From Williopsis jadinii (lineage: Eukaryota), in the NCBI GenBank assembly GCA_024346625.1, contig AP024666.1, forward strand, positions 248,001 through 312,000: DNA of 64,000 bases, written 5' to 3'. This document shows positions 61,115 through 64,000 of the stretch, one piece after another. A model generated the notes under the pieces. The model was given only the letters and a program-made list of their open reading frames with translations, searched no databases and had not been told where the DNA came from. Position numbers and translations under genes: made by a program. Numbering within the stretch: the first letter of the stretch is position 1; each line of letters opens with the position of its first letter.

Positions 61115-64000
61115 ATGTTTGGAGCCTCTAACAACAACGCTACGTCTGGTGGAGGGCTCTTTGGGAATCAGAGCACTTCTTCGAACGGAGGTTTCAGCTT
61201 TGGGAGTTCCAATGCCAACGGTGCTGCCAATGCCAATGGCGCCAACAAGAACACCTTCTCCTTTGGTAACAGCAGCACATCCTCTCCTGCCGGGTTGTTT
61301 GGTAATTCGAATGGCAATGTGAAGGCGCCAGGTACCGGAGGCCTCTTTGGAAGTAACTCCGCCGCTACCATGAGTACTCCTCAACAACCTGCTGTGTCGT
61401 CAGGCAATTTGTTTGGTAGCAATAACAACAACAACAATAACAACGCGGCTGGTGGGTTGTTTGGACAGAAACAGAACACTTTTGGAGCCAACAATCAGGG
61501 TGGTGGACTGTTCAGTAACAATGCCACTTCAGCTTCCAAACCGCTCTTTGGTAATGCAGCGGTGAGTACACCAGCTCCAACAAGCGGAGGACTATTCGGT
61601 AACAACGTTGCTTCTAGTACAAAGCCATTGTTTGGTAACTCCAACAGCAATACCACATCATCGTCGGGACTTTTTGGAAACAGTTCAAATCAGCAAGGGT
61701 CGTCGCTTTTTGGAAAATCGAACACAGCATTCAATCAACCGTTGATGAACAACGCAACTCCCGTGAAACAGTATAACTTTAAAGATTTGCCTAAATCGTT
61801 GACAGATTCGACAAAGGCCAATAAAACAATAAACCTCACTGAGTCTTCTAGAAAAAGAAGCTTGTCTTCAGTCAATGGATCAGCTGTACCTCAGGGGAAA
61901 TCCGCATTGTTGGAGAAATTTGGATCGAGATTCTCCACTATCCAATCACAAGTAAACTATAACTCCGAGGGCCTATTTTCTCCAAAGAAGGATCTGATCC
62001 AGTCAATGCTGAGATCTGAAAGGTCTCATGAGACAAACTCAGCTGTTAGCAAACTTCCCCAAGACCGTTTTTCATCAAATGTGGTTTCCTCAAGATCAAT
62101 GACAACCCCAAGATCCATGTCCACCGACTATCTCAAGTTAAAGATTAACCCATCAAGAACTGAATCTAGAAGATTGAAGATATTTGGTGATTCTGGTGGA
62201 GCAAAGAAGGTTAGAATATTAGGCAAGGAAGAAGTTAAAGACTCTTTTGTTGATGATTCGAACGGCAACGCTGAGCTTGATCAAACACACCTCTTGTCAA
62301 CGTCTCCGAATAAAAAGGAACAAGATAAATTTGCTGAGACTATATCAGGTGTATCATCTCAAGACTCTGAATATTGGTGCTCTCCTTCAATAGAGGAGTT
62401 ACAGACGCTTCCTCTGAGACAGCTTGCGGAAGTGCCAGGGTTTACCATAGGAAGAAAAGGTTATGGTGTTATTAGATTTGAGCTTCCTGTTGATTTGACT
62501 GCCTTTTGGTCGGACTTGAAGGGCAACTTATTTGGTAACATTGTGAAGATCAACAAGAACCACACCGTTGAAGTATATCCTAACGGATCCGTTCCTTTGG
62601 GCACTGGCTTGAATGTCCCAGCTATTATCACTTTGGAAAAAGTGTTTCCAATAACTAGACGTAAAGTTGCTCTGAGTTCAGCAGAGAAAGACATTGAACA
62701 TCGCTTGTTTGTTAAGAAGCTGAAAGAGCTGAAAGACATGGAATTTGTGACCTATGACCCTATTAATGGTTCATGGACGTTTAAAGTACAACATTTCAGC
62801 ATTTGGGGGTTAGTGGAAGAAGATGATGCTGTTGTTGATATTGAAGAGGAACTTGCAAAGGCGAAAAGAAAAATTGCATCAGCAGAACCAGCAGAACCGA
62901 CACAATCACTAAAGAGACCAACTCCTCCAGCAGTGTCGAAAAGTACTCAAAAGGTTATGAAAACAAACAACTTTGCCGAAGACACATTTCTCTACAAAAA
63001 GCAAAATGACAATAACACCTACGAATTCGATACAACTTCCTTCATTCCAGGGAGTTTCTTCTCCCCAGATGTTGATAATGAAGAGCATGTTGAAGAACAT
63101 AACGACGAGATAAATACTGAAAATATACTTTCAGACTCTAGTGTTGATGATGAGGAGGTCAATGCAGCTGTGCCTAGTCAGTTGGGATTTGATAACGATG
63201 ACTCGCTTTCTCCGGAGGACTTTGAAATGGTTGAAAAACAGTTTGAGCCGGAAGCCTTGGGTCAACAAGACTTTGATGTCTTGGATGCGAATCCATCTCT
63301 GAGCATTAGTGATGATTGGGATACACAATTGGAGTTATGTTCCCGTTATGATTCTGTTTTTGCTAGTGATAAACTGAAACAGACCACCATTTTTGAGGGT
63401 CCCTTTTCCAAAAACCTGACAGCTGGTGATCTAGACAAGTTGCTATATGGAGATTTTTCTAAAGTTCTCAAATCGCACCAGGCCATCAGAGATGAACTCA
63501 GATTCTCAAATTATTCGTTCGTTGAATTCTCGACATCAAATAAGCTATTGAGACAGACATCTCAAACGACATCGCATGTAAGTGCAAAATCTATCTACTT
63601 TCTATATGACTCTGATAATGGGCAGTTCTTAAAGTCTGTTTTCAGAAACCATCTATCATGCTCAAAAATTGTGGAAAGAAGCAATGGATTCCCAAAAGTT
63701 GCGCCAAACAAATGCTTTGACTTTAGACAGATCGCCAACAGCCTAAGCTATGATTTTTCACAGGAGCAGGGAACTGTTTGGGAACTGGCATCTGCATTGT
63801 TTGACAACAACACCAACGAGGAAATTGTCGGCCTTAATGACACCAGCGTTGTCAATAGAGTCTTGGAAATACAACGCCGTGAAGCCTTGATCTCGTGGAT
63901 CAAAAATGATATTCAGTCAGCAATCGACGCCAAATTGGATGCTTCAAACGACACCTTTGAACAGATATTCTTCCTTCTCAGTTCATTCAACATATCAAGT
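61115..64000 (+). CDS. NUP145: Nucleoporin Nup145 precursor, 5' part (runs off the window; absent from the ORF track)
   Basis: ATG at 61115 MFGASNN, GLFG repeats, YWCSPSIEEL, autoproteolytic FKVQHF|SIWGL at 62792-62800 in the same frame. Confidence 0.93.
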   Translation, partial: MFGASNNNATSGGGLFGNQSTSSNGGFSFGSSNANGAANANGANKNTFSFGNSSTSSPAGLFGNSNGNVKAPGTGGLFGSNSAATMSTPQQPAVSSGNLFGSNNNNNNNNAAGGLFGQKQNTFGANNQGGGLFSNNATSASKPLFGNAAVSTPAPTSGGLFGNNVASSTKPLFGNSNSNTTSSSGLFGNSSNQQGSSLFGKSNTAFNQPLMNNATPVKQYNFKDLPKSLTDSTKANKTINLTESSRKRSLSSVNGSAVPQGKSALLEKFGSRFSTIQSQVNYNSEGLFSPKKDLIQSMLRSERSHETNSAVSKLPQDRFSSNVVSSRSMTTPRSMSTDYLKLKINPSRTESRRLKIFGDSGGAKKVRILGKEEVKDSFVDDSNGNAELDQTHLLSTSPNKKEQDKFAETISGVSSQDSEYWCSPSIEELQTLPLRQLAEVPGFTIGRKGYGVIRFELPVDLTAFWSDLKGNLFGNIVKINKNHTVEVYPNGSVPLGTGLNVPAIITLEKVFPITRRKVALSSAEKDIEHRLFVKKLKELKDMEFVTYDPINGSWTFKVQHFSIWGLVEEDDAVVDIEEELAKAKRKIASAEPAEPTQSLKRPTPPAVSKSTQKVMKTNNFAEDTFLYKKQNDNNTYEFDTTSFIPGSFFSPDVDNEEHVEEHNDEINTENILSDSSVDDEEVNAAVPSQLGFDNDDSLSPEDFEMVEKQFEPEALGQQDFDVLDANPSLSISDDWDTQLELCSRYDSVFASDKLKQTTIFEGPFSKNLTAGDLDKLLYGDFSKVLKSHQAIRDELRFSNYSFVEFSTSNKLLRQTSQTTSHVSAKSIYFLYDSDNGQFLKSVFRNHLSCSKIVERSNGFPKVAPNKCFDFRQIANSLSYDFSQEQGTVWELASALFDNNTNEEIVGLNDTSVVNRVLEIQRREALISWIKNDIQSAIDAKLDASNDTFEQIFFLLSSFNISS

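Overview
Gene-dense, intron-containing budding-yeast (Saccharomycotina) chromosome segment. It appears to use the standard code, since CTG sits at conserved Leu positions such as MSE1 HLG...ALYN; short GTATGT/GTGAGT/GTAAGT...(T)ACTAAC...YAG introns suggest a Cyberlindnera/Wickerhamomyces-like yeast (inference). About 34 protein genes are present. Most are housekeeping orthologues: ATS1, OPI10, SIL1, NOP12, DEP1, RPS15, RPP2, CYS3, MET14, DID4, SYN8, MSE1, RHO4, PRB1, CUE3, NSA1, YEN1, NBP35, ISW1, YTH1, FUN14, RBG1, FUN12, RPA190 and partial NUP145. There is one tRNA-Ala(AGC), and I reconstructed 11 introns by hand. Standouts: (1) a compact three-gene module at 28.0-34.6 kb beside the tRNA, made of a Zn2Cys6 regulator, an OPT oligopeptide transporter and a peptidase-C45 (isopenicillin-N-acyltransferase-like Ntn) hydrolase, with the transporter and hydrolase sharing a CGG-rich divergent promoter; (2) a minus-strand snR4-like box C/D snoRNA (18S acetylation guide) with a triplicated C box and an expanded 5' guide repeat; (3) a transcription factor whose Zn2Cys6 domain is hidden in two small upstream exons; (4) a dual-specificity pseudophosphatase and three unrecognised ORFs. 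Gene names come from recognising motifs by eye; no database search was run.
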